NCBI GenBank assembly: GCA_937625935.1 | Contig: OW569375.1 | Coordinates: 1 to 64,000 of the forward strand | Length of the DNA stretch: 64,000 nucleotides | Reading direction: 5' to 3' | From: Tetramitus jugosus | Lineage: Eukaryota; Protista; Heterolobosea | In this document: positions 46,415 to 56,970 of the stretch, in pieces | Layout: every line of letters begins with the position of its first letter | How positions within the stretch are numbered: the first letter of the stretch is position 1 | Notes under the pieces: model-generated | Seen by the model: the letters and a program-made list of their open reading frames with translations, nothing else | Databases searched by the model: none | What the model was told of the DNA's origin: nothing | Position numbers and translations under genes: made by a program

Positions 46415-47509
46415 TTACTGTCCTAAAGCTTGGTCACGTACATCTGCTTCCATTGCTTTGAACTTGACATCCAGATTCAAATGTAATTCCTGGGACAAGT
46501 TTTGAATCAACTTTTGTACTTCGCTATCAATCATTTGAATCTTCTCTTCTTCTGTCAAATCCAGTGCCACTTCAGCATCACTCCTCTTGTTCGATGAAGC
46601 ATCATACGTGCAAATCACCTCTAAAGACGTTGGTTTTTGTTCGGCATGCGACTGAGTTGTATTGACCTCACTCTTATTTTCATCTACATTGTCTTCACTT
46701 CCTATTGATAGTGTTTCCTTTGTAGAGGAGCTATCCATTTTTTCTTGTTTCACCGTAGATGCTACTACTGCCGCTGTTGCATTCTGATTCAGTGGAGTTC
46801 TAGGCGTATTCATACTCAACTGATCATTATTAATAACATCATCAAACATTTGTGGCGGCAATCGATTATTCCGCCTTCGGAGTAACCAAGGCAACCGAAC
46901 ACTTGTTCCACAACAATTGACAATTTCTTCATCAGAGCTCGTATAGTCTTCCTCCTTATCATACAATGCCAAGTATTCCTTGACGGATTGCATGGCACTC
47001 ATCCAACTTTTCATCGAGTCGGGAGAACTTGCCAAAAATAGAACATTTTCCCTCAGAGGATGATAGACCATAAATGCAGTGGCTCTTCCAGTTTCTTCCT
47101 TTGCACTCCAAATGGACACCTTACTCAAGTTGATGATACCAGCTATTCGCTTGTCTTCCTTGTGATTCTTGTACACGAGAACAGAACGTTTCAGAATAAA
47201 GTAATAGGTTCGCCATATCGAAATGAAACCAAGTGTCGTTTGTCTCATTTTCAAGTAACCTGATTTGACAGTGTTTGTTTTTGTTTTTTTGTGATGAGAG
47301 TGGTGATGAGAAGTGGTCAGATGATGAGATGTCGAGGCATGATGTGAAGATGGTGAAGATGGTGATGAGGATGATTGTTGTTGTGTTTGTTGTAGGGGAA
47401 CATGAATGTAATTTTCAATGAGTTTGAGTGGTGGAGTGATGGTGAGCAGTGGCGTTTTTTCATTGTTGTTGCCATCATCATGGTCTTCATGATTGTCGTT
47501 GTGGTTCAT
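46415..47509 (-). CDS. PH-domain protein
   Basis: VKSGYLKM..WRTYYFILK..GIINL..FLASSPDSMKSWMSAM. Confidence 0.85.
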   Translation of the reverse strand: MNHNDNHEDHDDGNNNEKTPLLTITPPLKLIENYIHVPLQQTQQQSSSSPSSPSSHHASTSHHLTTSHHHSHHKKTKTNTVKSGYLKMRQTTLGFISIWRTYYFILKRSVLVYKNHKEDKRIAGIINLSKVSIWSAKEETGRATAFMVYHPLRENVLFLASSPDSMKSWMSAMQSVKEYLALYDKEEDYTSSDEEIVNCCGTSVRLPWLLRRRNNRLPPQMFDDVINNDQLSMNTPRTPLNQNATAAVVASTVKQEKMDSSSTKETLSIGSEDNVDENKSEVNTTQSHAEQKPTSLEVICTYDASSNKRSDAEVALDLTEEEKIQMIDSEVQKLIQNLSQELHLNLDVKFKAMEADVRDQALGQ

Positions 47510-48498
47510 TCACTTCCTTTAGTTTCGAACGAGAAATGTGTGCACACCTCTGGTTGTTGCGTGTTTTGTTTTTTCTGATATTTTTGTATTTTGCTCAGTC
47601 GTTGCTTTTTGATATTTTCTTTCATGTGAAACTCCGAAAGTCGGCACAATGCTGTTGGAATTCATGCCAGTGAAGATATTGCTTGCACTGAAAGGAGCGA
47701 GTGGGAATAGGTGTGTGGTGAGGGAGTGCAAGAGAATACTTGTTAGAATAAGTTGCTTCTGTGAACTTATTATTATTCATCCCATTCTCCTTACGGACTC
47801 TTGTCGACGTGTTAAGGTCAATCCGCTTATGGTTGACACATGGACCCACTATGGCAGTGAGGAGAAATAACTAAAAAGTGACAAGACAAACCCCAAAAAT
47901 GAAGAGACCACGCTCTTGAAGAATCGTCTCTGACGGCTACACAGCTCTTGTCCACTTATCAGAGGGATTTACACATTCAAAAACAACAAATTAACATCAC
48001 AAGAGGATTCACACAACTATTAACTCCTTGTTGACCCTTGCTTCCCAACAAACTTATTGTATCCAAAAAAACAATCTCCTTGAGAATTTTTCCCGGTGAA
48101 CCAATCCCAAGAAAGACCAAAACTCAACCAAATCCAGATATACGGAGAAATAAGTACGGCAATTCCGTTCCCCATCGATTTTTTTTGCAAGCGAGTAACG
48201 AGTTGAATCCGTGACTGTCCATTCAGTAGAAACAACACAACCAACTACATCAAATCCTTCACCTCCAATAATTATTGGTATGTTTACTCTCTGTCACATG
48301 TGTGGAAGCCTGTCATTTCAACCACACATCCGTCCACTCCTCTTTTTTTGCCTTTTCGCTGCAAGAATAGCTCAGCTAACCAACCACACATCCGTTTTTG
48401 ACCACAACCACAACACACAAAAAATATTTTTTCAATCTCCTTGAAGACAACGAACACACCTTGTCAATAAACATCAACAATAAACAACAACAAAAAGA

Positions 48499-50157
48499 AT
48501 GACCCTTGCACAACTGATACAAAGGAAGCAACAACACAGAGAAGAACAACAACAAGATCAACCTCTGCCCTCTTATTTGAAACCCATTGACAGAGACAAG
48601 GGACTGGGACAACTCAAGGTCATTGAAGACCATGTCATGATCAACTTGTTGTTGCCTTGTTTGACCATACCTGAGATTTGTAAGCTTAGTCAAGTGTCTA
48701 GAACGATGCTTGTGCTCAGTGAGGACGATCGTCTCTGGAAACAGTTTACACTCAATCGATTTCTGGGAGAATTTTGGTTTGAAATCTCATGGAAGTACAC
48801 ATATGTGCACAACATGTTCTTGACTCAGAGAATGATGCAAGCACAGCAGCTACAGAATTCTGCTAATAATAATAATATTTCGTTTGCTAATACTCCGCCA
48901 ACACCTACGGCGGAGAAAGTAATAAGCTTGGCATCGTTGGAGAGTGCACCTCCACTGATACCAGAGAATCCGTTCAAGGGACAGACACATGGTCTCTATG
49001 CCAAATGGTCACGAAGCAATTTTGATATGAATCAAATGGTTTTACCATTTTCTCATCTTGATCGCCGTAACTGCATGACTCTGGAACAGTTTATCCGTGA
49101 GTATGCTTCGATACAGAAGCCTGTGATCATTACGGATGCAATGAACGATTGGAAGGCGTTCAAGGACTTTAAGAGCGACACCAAAGAGTACAAGGAATTC
49201 TTGTTGAGCGAGTATGGTAATGTGGCGTTCAAGACGGATGCCATGTGGATGTCTGATTGGCCACATTGGTCACCCACGTACAAGCGATACTTGGAGATGG
49301 ATCATCAGGAGTCTGTTGTGGAGAAGCGAAAGAAACCGAGTGAGGAGTTGCGTGCCTTGATGGACAAGCAACATCAAACCATTCGTATGCCACTCAAAAT
49401 GTACATGCACTATATGCAGAACAATAGGGACGAAGAACCCATTTATTTATTTGATGGAAAGTTTGGTGAACGTGCACCAGGGCTACTGGAAGACTACAAG
49501 GTACCAGACTATTTCCAAGAAGACTTTTTTGAGCAGTGTTTGCCACAGGACAAGAGACCTGACTTTAGATGGTTGGTCATGGGACCCAAGAGAAGTGGCA
49601 GTGCGTGGCACATGGACCCATACATGACATCTGCGTGGAATGCATTGATTTGTGGAGCAAAGAGATGGGCATTCTATCCTCAGGGTTATCTGTCGACAGA
49701 TTTGAAGGAACTGGTCGATGATGCACTCAAGGATAAGGAGCGTGAGATTGAAGAGGGATATGCCTCGGATGAGAATGACAAGAGCACTGTAAGAGCTGCA
49801 CCACTGCCTAATTATTTGCCTTGTTCAGAGCCATTGGAATGGTTGACCGAGGAGTACTTGGATGCTTGTGATGAGAACTTTAGGCCATGGGAGTGCATGC
49901 AATACCCTGGAGAGGTGTTGTTTGTGCCTAGTGGCTGGTGGCACATGGTTCTCAATGTGGATGACACCATTGCTGTCACTCAGAATTTTGTAAATACTCA
50001 AAACTTTGCTGCCGTTTTCCCTGACATCGAGAAGCGAGACAAGAATATGGCTGCTGCACTGAAACAGGGATTAATGGATAAGAATCGACAGGATTTGTTC
50101 TGGTTGCTCGAGCAAGCCAACAACGCCTCTTCACAACCTATGGAAGTTGATGAATAA
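48499..50157 (+). CDS. F-box + JmjC protein (JMJD6-like)
   Basis: F-box (LLPCLTIPEICKLSQVSR..LWK); FRWLVMGPKRSGSAWHMDP, TSAWN, FVPSGWWHMV, AVTQNF. Confidence 0.9.
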   Translation: MTLAQLIQRKQQHREEQQQDQPLPSYLKPIDRDKGLGQLKVIEDHVMINLLLPCLTIPEICKLSQVSRTMLVLSEDDRLWKQFTLNRFLGEFWFEISWKYTYVHNMFLTQRMMQAQQLQNSANNNNISFANTPPTPTAEKVISLASLESAPPLIPENPFKGQTHGLYAKWSRSNFDMNQMVLPFSHLDRRNCMTLEQFIREYASIQKPVIITDAMNDWKAFKDFKSDTKEYKEFLLSEYGNVAFKTDAMWMSDWPHWSPTYKRYLEMDHQESVVEKRKKPSEELRALMDKQHQTIRMPLKMYMHYMQNNRDEEPIYLFDGKFGERAPGLLEDYKVPDYFQEDFFEQCLPQDKRPDFRWLVMGPKRSGSAWHMDPYMTSAWNALICGAKRWAFYPQGYLSTDLKELVDDALKDKEREIEEGYASDENDKSTVRAAPLPNYLPCSEPLEWLTEEYLDACDENFRPWECMQYPGEVLFVPSGWWHMVLNVDDTIAVTQNFVNTQNFAAVFPDIEKRDKNMAAALKQGLMDKNRQDLFWLLEQANNASSQPMEVDE

Positions 50158-50186
50158 AATAAAAACTTCTATTGTACATTTATATT

Positions 50187-50705
50187 TCAAGTTGTTCGGT
50201 CTTTCCTAATATCCTCCACTCGTCTTGTATAATCTGGTTTGTATTCATTGTGGCTGTGTATTGTCTTGAGGTAGGAGTTATGCATTCCTTCCCAATCACT
50301 TTCTTCAACAAAGTTATCAGATTGGATATCACCAGGCACAGAATCCGAACTGCCATCATAGCAACTCTCCATCATGTGATTCACACTGTAGATTCCACCA
50401 AACAACTGTTCCTGTGTTGTGGATGTGTCAACACAATCTAATTCATTTTCAGTTTTCTTACTCATTGGATCATTCGAGCTACCAGTCTCAAATTCACTAG
50501 ATCTCAACACAGAAACCGGAAGTTGCTTCTCCTGTGTTTCACTCGGGAATTGAATCAATTCTTCTTTGATCTTACGCTCTTTGGGGAACAAGAGATTGAA
50601 CTGAGAACAGAAGGAAGAATAGCTCATATTGGTAAACGACATTTCATTTAGAACTTTCTTTTCTTCGCTCAACAACTCCACAGAAGCTTTCATCATTTGT
50701 TTCAT
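50187..50705 (-). CDS. Hypothetical acidic protein
   Basis: Open frame filling the gap between the JmjC and AAGAB genes; no recognisable motif. Confidence 0.4.
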   Translation of the reverse strand: MKQMMKASVELLSEEKKVLNEMSFTNMSYSSFCSQFNLLFPKERKIKEELIQFPSETQEKQLPVSVLRSSEFETGSSNDPMSKKTENELDCVDTSTTQEQLFGGIYSVNHMMESCYDGSSDSVPGDIQSDNFVEESDWEGMHNSYLKTIHSHNEYKPDYTRRVEDIRKDRTT

Positions 50706-50815
50706 GCAACAAAGTTCTCTCAAGATTGATCCAAAAGAAAGAGCAACATATTTTCTTCAACACAAAATCGAAAAACAAAAACAACAACAGAAAACAAAAT
50801 CAATCCATCCAAACA

Positions 50816-51877
50816 ATGAATCACGTGCTCGTACTCCACTGCTGCAAGAATCAACAAGAATCACAACAACTACAACTACCACACCTTGGAAAATCAATCA
50901 TCAAACAATTATTGAACATTGATCAAAATTTGAATTTGCAAAAAAATGAAAAAATTGCTTGTTTTGATCATTTGATACAGACAAAGTACTATGACGCTAC
51001 ACTATCATTCTCACTGCTCACGTTGACTGTTGATTCCATTCTCAATGATAGTAGTGATCATTTGATGAACTCTCTTTTGAGTTTGAATCATCATGATAGT
51101 GGTGATGATGATGCATCGTCGAAATCATATCATCCACATGCTCTCATACTCACATTTGATGATGAAATGATGCATCGTGAGTGTGATCAATTGTCGCAAG
51201 CGCTCAACAAGTGCATTCAAATTTGCCGCTCAAAATTCCATCAAAATCTCGAAGTTTGCTTGTGTGTTAGTTTACAACACGTGAGCGACAGGGAAAATTT
51301 TTATGCCACGTTGAATGAGCTTACGATTGATGAACAGTTTGAACTGGTGAGACAACAACAGCAATCACAAGAGCTAACAGATGAAGAAGAAGAAGAAGCT
51401 AGTGACTCCATTTTTGAAGAAAAGTTTGGTAGTGATCGAGTATGGGAAGCTCTAAAGAGCACCATGTGGCCACACATGGACAAACCAACTCTTTCACAAC
51501 AACCACAACAAGCTCCAGTGTACTCTGATAACACTGGAGAAGAGTCTAGTCAACATGACAAGGAAATGTTAGCTTTGGAAGAGTTGATGAGTCAAGTGTT
51601 TCAAACAGAGGAAGATTTGGAGAGTGATGAAGAACAGTCGACAGAGCCACTAAAGAGCAGTCCTGTGGAGACGACGAGTACGACTCACGTGCCTGTGCAA
51701 CAAGAAAAGACAAAAACAGGAGCAAACGAGGTGGATGAGGCACAACAGTTTGATCAGTTGCTTCAGGCCATGTTGCACATGAGAAGGAATGCAGGTTCAA
51801 TGGTAGATCAAGATAGAAAGCAGAGAGCTGCTGATTTGGCCATGAGTTTGCTGTCCATGCTTGACGCTGAAAAATAA
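50816..51877 (+). CDS. AAGAB: Alpha/gamma-adaptin-binding protein p34
   Basis: IQTKYYDA, EKFGSDRVWEALKSTMWPHM, C-terminal RKQRAADLAMSL. Confidence 0.8.
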   Translation: MNHVLVLHCCKNQQESQQLQLPHLGKSIIKQLLNIDQNLNLQKNEKIACFDHLIQTKYYDATLSFSLLTLTVDSILNDSSDHLMNSLLSLNHHDSGDDDASSKSYHPHALILTFDDEMMHRECDQLSQALNKCIQICRSKFHQNLEVCLCVSLQHVSDRENFYATLNELTIDEQFELVRQQQQSQELTDEEEEEASDSIFEEKFGSDRVWEALKSTMWPHMDKPTLSQQPQQAPVYSDNTGEESSQHDKEMLALEELMSQVFQTEEDLESDEEQSTEPLKSSPVETTSTTHVPVQQEKTKTGANEVDEAQQFDQLLQAMLHMRRNAGSMVDQDRKQRAADLAMSLLSMLDAEK

Positions 51878-52144
51878 TTATACGTGTGATACCAGTTGTA
51901 TTCATACAAGAGACGTCCACAGCATTTGTAAAATAAAGAACTCCATCGTGTATTTGATGTTCTTGCTTGTTTAAACTCAACATCAAGTTCCACCGGGTTA
52001 CAAAATATTCTCGACTATTTATAACCCATTTTGCTGCGAGCCGACTTTGAGACAAAAAACAACAAAAACAAAAGCAGAACCATCCATTGTTCAACATTGT
52101 ACAACTAAGATCAAAAACCACCCACCAACATCATCATCAACAAA

Positions 52145-53092
52145 ATGGCAGACAAGAAACAAATCAAGATTAGAGTCAGAGGACCAAGCAGCCAATTCCT
52201 CATTGATGAACTCGACACTGAATCCACATTTGATCAATTGACATCTCTATTGGAACAAAAGTGTCCTGATGTTCTCGTCAATGAACAACAAATTCTCAAT
52301 GGATTCCCACCAAAAGGTAACAACACCATCTTTTTTGTATTATTATTATTATTGTATCTATTCATTAACAAAGCATGATTGGCTCACACAATTGAAAAAA
52401 AACAAACAAACACGTTTCCATATTCATTCACATATGTCACAGAGATTGTTGCGAGTGACCCAAGTCAAAAGCTAAGTGAACTCGGTATTAAAACAGGTGA
52501 TCAATTGACACTCAAGAAGAAGGGAACTCAAACAGGTATCATCCAGGGAAAGACTGATGGACCATACATTCCACCAAGTGACACTCGAGGCTATTTTGTC
52601 AGAAGAAACATGCCAGGTGACAACTCTTGTCTCTTCCACAGTTGTTCCTACGTGTTGGAGAATCGTTCACGAACGAAAGCAAAGCAACTGAGAGAACTGT
52701 GTGCACAGATTGTGTTGGATGATGCAAAAACGTACAATACTGCTTTCCTCGGCATGAACAATCACAATTATGTGAGCAGTATACTCGATCCAAATGCATG
52801 GGGTGGCGCAATCGAATTGTCCATTCTCAGCAAGTATTACAAGACTGAGATTGTTGCGTTCGATATTCAAACTACGAGAGAAGATCACTATGGCGAAGAT
52901 TTGAACTATAGCACGAGAGCACTTGTGTTGTACACTGGTAATCATTATGATGCGTTGGCTTTGGCCGGATTTGGTGGTGCAAGTGAATCTACGGATCAAG
53001 TCAGGTTCTCTAGCACTGACAAGAGTATTATGGAGAAGGCACGTGCCTACATTAAGGAAGAACATCAAAAGTACATGAGAGGTCAAAGATAA
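52145..53092 (+). CDS. OTU1: OTU1/YOD1-like deubiquitinase (UBX-like + OTU)
   Basis: GFPPK, MPGDNSCLFHS, AWGGAIEL, LYTGNHYDAL; intron 52317-52442. Confidence 0.88.
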
Positions 53093-53264
53093 TCTCATCA
53101 TGCACACTCACACACTCACGCACACTGCCACCTGTCCAATATAAAATAATACGCACAACACCAACAGAAGCTTCCATTCAGAAAAAAAAATCTCCTCGCA
53201 CAAAAACATCTTTCGTTTCACACAAGAAGAAGCAAAAACAAAACAAAAAAAAACACATATCACG

Positions 53265-54812
53265 ATGATGACGTCGAAAAAGCGACTCTTGTCATCACTC
53301 GTCGTTGTTTGTCTGTTGATGAGTTTGCTGTGCTTCTTCTCCTCGAATCGTTGCCTAGTGACTGCTCAACAAAACTCCAACAACAATAACAACAACAATG
53401 GAGTGACAATGATTGAAAGCATATTGGCCACTGATTACATTCAATTCAATTTCGAGAGCAAGGAACAAGAAGAATCATACGTTCAAAATGCTCATTACAA
53501 GAATTGTACCATTGCAGGCATCAAATTAGACTCTCACAATCAAATCTATGTGAGTTTGCCTCGTTGGAAACTCAATTGTCCAGTGACATTGGCTCGCTAC
53601 AATTCAACCAATGGTCGATTCGATGCTTTTCCTGATTGGAGATGGAATCAACAAGTGTACAATGTGACTCACGGGTTGCAGAGTGTGTTGGGATTCGAAA
53701 TTGATCGAAATGATCAATTGTGGATATTGGATCAGGGTAAAATGTTTGGTCAATCGGCTCAGAATCAGTCCATTAAGCTGTTGGCATGGGATCTCAAGAA
53801 GAATCAGGAGCAATTTCGTTATCATTTTACAGAGGAACAAGCACCGTTGAGAACCAGTTTTTTGAATGATGTGGTCATTAGTACGAGTGACAATGTAGCG
53901 TACATTAGTGATAGTGGGTTGTCAGTGTCGGAGGATGAGCCCATGGACCCTGCGATTCTCTATTTTGATATGGGAGATTTGATTGTTAAGAGAATGTTGC
54001 GCCAATCGGTGTCTACAATGCCCAATCGAACCATGAGTTTTTCAGTGAATGGAAAGGAGTGTTTGGCGCCTGGGAAGCCAATGTTGACCGGTGCAGATGG
54101 TATTGCTCTGACGTGCGATGGTCAGAGATTGTACTGGACACCGTTGACGAGCAGAAATTTGTACGCCATCAACACAGACGTCTTGCAAATGTACGATGCG
54201 GATGATAAGATTGTTTCGGAGGCTGTGATCGACTTGGGCAACAAGATTTCAGTGTCTGATGGTCTCACATGTACATCGAGACATGATTTGCTCATTACAG
54301 CACTAGAGAATGATGCCATTTATTCCGTAAAGGAGAAGGTGTTGGCTCCTTTTGTTGCACAATCGGAACAGGTCAAGATTAAGAAGAGATTGGCAGAGGG
54401 AAAGCTCGCAGAGATGATGAGCAGCATTGCAAATGATACTTTGATTCCTTCTTCTGTGGGTACTCGTATGATATGGCCAGATACAGTGGCATTATCATCT
54501 GATTCCTACTTGTACTTTGTGAGTAACAATCTCTGTGATTTCATCAATGACGCGATTGATTTTGAATCTGGCAAGCCAAACTTTTTCATTTATCGTATTA
54601 AGATGCATGATAAGAGTCGATCCTACGTTCACGGTTGTGATTATGAACGGTTGCAACTCAGATTTGTTGAATGGTTCTTGATTGTGTCAGGTTCCATTGC
54701 ATTCGTTGTCATCCTGACTGCACTGTTGATTTGGTCGTTGCGTAACTCCATTTCTGAATGGATGAACAAGCGCAAAGAGAGACAGCAGGCTGGCTATCTC
54801 TTGTCCAGGTAA
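53265..54812 (+). CDS. Major royal jelly protein/yellow family beta-propeller with C-terminal TM anchor
   Basis: Signal peptide, YVSLPRW, FPDW, LWILDQG, FLNDVVI, AYISDSG, GADGIAL, IWPDT; hydrophobic helix near the C-terminus. Confidence 0.88.
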   Translation: MMTSKKRLLSSLVVVCLLMSLLCFFSSNRCLVTAQQNSNNNNNNNGVTMIESILATDYIQFNFESKEQEESYVQNAHYKNCTIAGIKLDSHNQIYVSLPRWKLNCPVTLARYNSTNGRFDAFPDWRWNQQVYNVTHGLQSVLGFEIDRNDQLWILDQGKMFGQSAQNQSIKLLAWDLKKNQEQFRYHFTEEQAPLRTSFLNDVVISTSDNVAYISDSGLSVSEDEPMDPAILYFDMGDLIVKRMLRQSVSTMPNRTMSFSVNGKECLAPGKPMLTGADGIALTCDGQRLYWTPLTSRNLYAINTDVLQMYDADDKIVSEAVIDLGNKISVSDGLTCTSRHDLLITALENDAIYSVKEKVLAPFVAQSEQVKIKKRLAEGKLAEMMSSIANDTLIPSSVGTRMIWPDTVALSSDSYLYFVSNNLCDFINDAIDFESGKPNFFIYRIKMHDKSRSYVHGCDYERLQLRFVEWFLIVSGSIAFVVILTALLIWSLRNSISEWMNKRKERQQAGYLLSR

Positions 54813-55464
54813 ACACAATTCATAGAGGTTATCGAAGTAGGAGCAATAGAAAATGTATTTATTAGACAAGCCCTCTTACAATAGATTCAATACGTTCACA
54901 CATCAAACGTATTACTTGTGTATCATTGTATGTTGCTGTTGACTCTGAGTCTGTTCTGTACAGGTGTTCGTTTCCGAAGAATGCAATCTTTGGTTTTGTG
55001 AGAGCTTTATCATGCATCTGGCTTTCAGTTGAGCGACTTGCTCTTTTCTTTTCCGCTCGGGAACACTGGAGTGCCTTTCACATAACCTCATGTTTTAGCT
55101 GGAGGGATATGACAATGGTTACTAACAATATGTTATGTATGATCGTGTTCTTGTTTGTTGTTCTTAGATCTGCATGTGAGAAAAGCACAACCAATTAGAC
55201 ACCACCCAACGAAGCGTCAAAGATGCGCGTAAAAATAGATAGCTGCCTCAATTGAACAAGAGAGCTTCCTTTCTCAATTCAGCTGACCAGAAAGACAATA
55301 CTAGCCACCACTAACACCAATAGTCCTTGGTATACAAGGAACTGCATAACTTCAGAACATTTGAGAGCTTCGCCACGTACGTTCTGTTTCAAATTTCTTT
55401 TTTTGGATTATCAGGTTTGCTTTCCCGCCAAGATCTTCTTCACACAACGTAATCAGGAAGAAAG

Positions 55465-56694
55465 ATGCGCAGAAAGCATTTGATTGTACTCACTGTGGCC
55501 ATAACAGCCTACTTGTATCTCTTCTTTCAGAGTCAATTCTTTCTCGCTGTGAATCATGCTCATTTGACTTTTGACTCGTCCAATCCAGTTGACCAGATGA
55601 GTGATGAGGAACAAAAAGTTCTCAGAAAACTAAAGTTCATTCAGTTGAGTGATCTTCACGGCTCAAATTCTTCCTTTTCAAGTGGAGATGGTGGTCTTAC
55701 TGCTCTCTCAGATGAGATCTTGAGTATTGTAAAGTCGGAGAAACCAGACTTCGTGTTCATTACGGGTGATTTTGTAGAGTGTGGATTGGAAGAGTATGCT
55801 TATACGGTGGCGACTCGCTTCTTGAGAAATTTGACAGATTTGATGGATGAGATTCATCAGCTTGATGATTCATCCACATCTTCTATTAAACAACGTGTCT
55901 ATGGTGTCATTGGAAATCATGATCATAAGCACAAGGATACGGATGTTAGAGTTCCAGTCATGCCAGAGATCAAGCCTCACTATCCATTCAATGAAGAAGA
56001 GAGAAAGAAGCGAATCATGTCTGTAATTGAGAAAGAGGGCCATGTGAAGATACTGGAGAATGAATACGTGTACATTGAGGAGCTCGATTTGTTGATTATT
56101 GGATTCGGTGATCCATTTACGTTTGAACATGTATCATTTAGACCAGAGGTTGTTCGAGAGTCATTGCAGAAAGAGAAGTTTGTGAAACACGAGCTAGCAG
56201 AAAACAAGAGTTTGCGTCGAGATAGACCTTTTGCTGTTGTCTTGTCTCATAATCCTGATACCGCTGCATGCTTTATTCACAATGCAGAGAGCTATCATAT
56301 CGATACTTCAGAAACAGTCGAAAGAGTGCCAATGATGAAGAAGCGGATTCAATTTATGAACGAAATTGAGAAGAAGCACATGTGTGATGGAATTCCTGCT
56401 GATATAATACTGTCAGGACACACGCATGGTGGTCAACTAAGCACTCCTAGTGGTAGTTCTCTCATTCGACTCGTATATGAAACTTTAGATCGCTTCTTTC
56501 CTCATTTTACAAAGCAGTTCGAGTACATTGTCTATTTTACAATTAGGCATTGGAATTGGCTGAGAGGATTGCACGAATATATTGATATGGAAGGAAACAA
56601 GCAATATCTTTATGTGAATAGTGGTATCCATACATCCAAATATCTCAGGTTATGGACACCACCTGAAGTGTCAATCTTTTCAGTCGAATTTTAA
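55465..56694 (+). CDS. Calcineurin-like metallophosphoesterase (YkuE-like)
   Basis: SDLH, TGDF, GNHD, LSHNPD, SGHTHGGQ. Confidence 0.9.
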   Translation: MRRKHLIVLTVAITAYLYLFFQSQFFLAVNHAHLTFDSSNPVDQMSDEEQKVLRKLKFIQLSDLHGSNSSFSSGDGGLTALSDEILSIVKSEKPDFVFITGDFVECGLEEYAYTVATRFLRNLTDLMDEIHQLDDSSTSSIKQRVYGVIGNHDHKHKDTDVRVPVMPEIKPHYPFNEEERKKRIMSVIEKEGHVKILENEYVYIEELDLLIIGFGDPFTFEHVSFRPEVVRESLQKEKFVKHELAENKSLRRDRPFAVVLSHNPDTAACFIHNAESYHIDTSETVERVPMMKKRIQFMNEIEKKHMCDGIPADIILSGHTHGGQLSTPSGSSLIRLVYETLDRFFPHFTKQFEYIVYFTIRHWNWLRGLHEYIDMEGNKQYLYVNSGIHTSKYLRLWTPPEVSIFSVEF

Positions 56695-56970
56695 CCCAAT
56701 TTGTTAAGGTGGCTAACCATTTATTAAACAATTCTCTGTGCGAGGCCATTAGAATCCCAGTAAATGGTGGCCAATCAACATTCTCTTGGTAAAGCTGTAC
56801 ATGAAATGTTTTGTCGAAATCGCCGTTTCGTTAAGGTCATGAGCTTCATTTGTCTGCCTCATAGACTTTTTGGGAGACCCTGGTCCGTATGGTGAGAATC
56901 ATCTCTCATTCCTCAAGATTCCATTATTCCTTTTCGATCTCATGTTTTTGGAGAGCTTCCTTTTTGGTCC

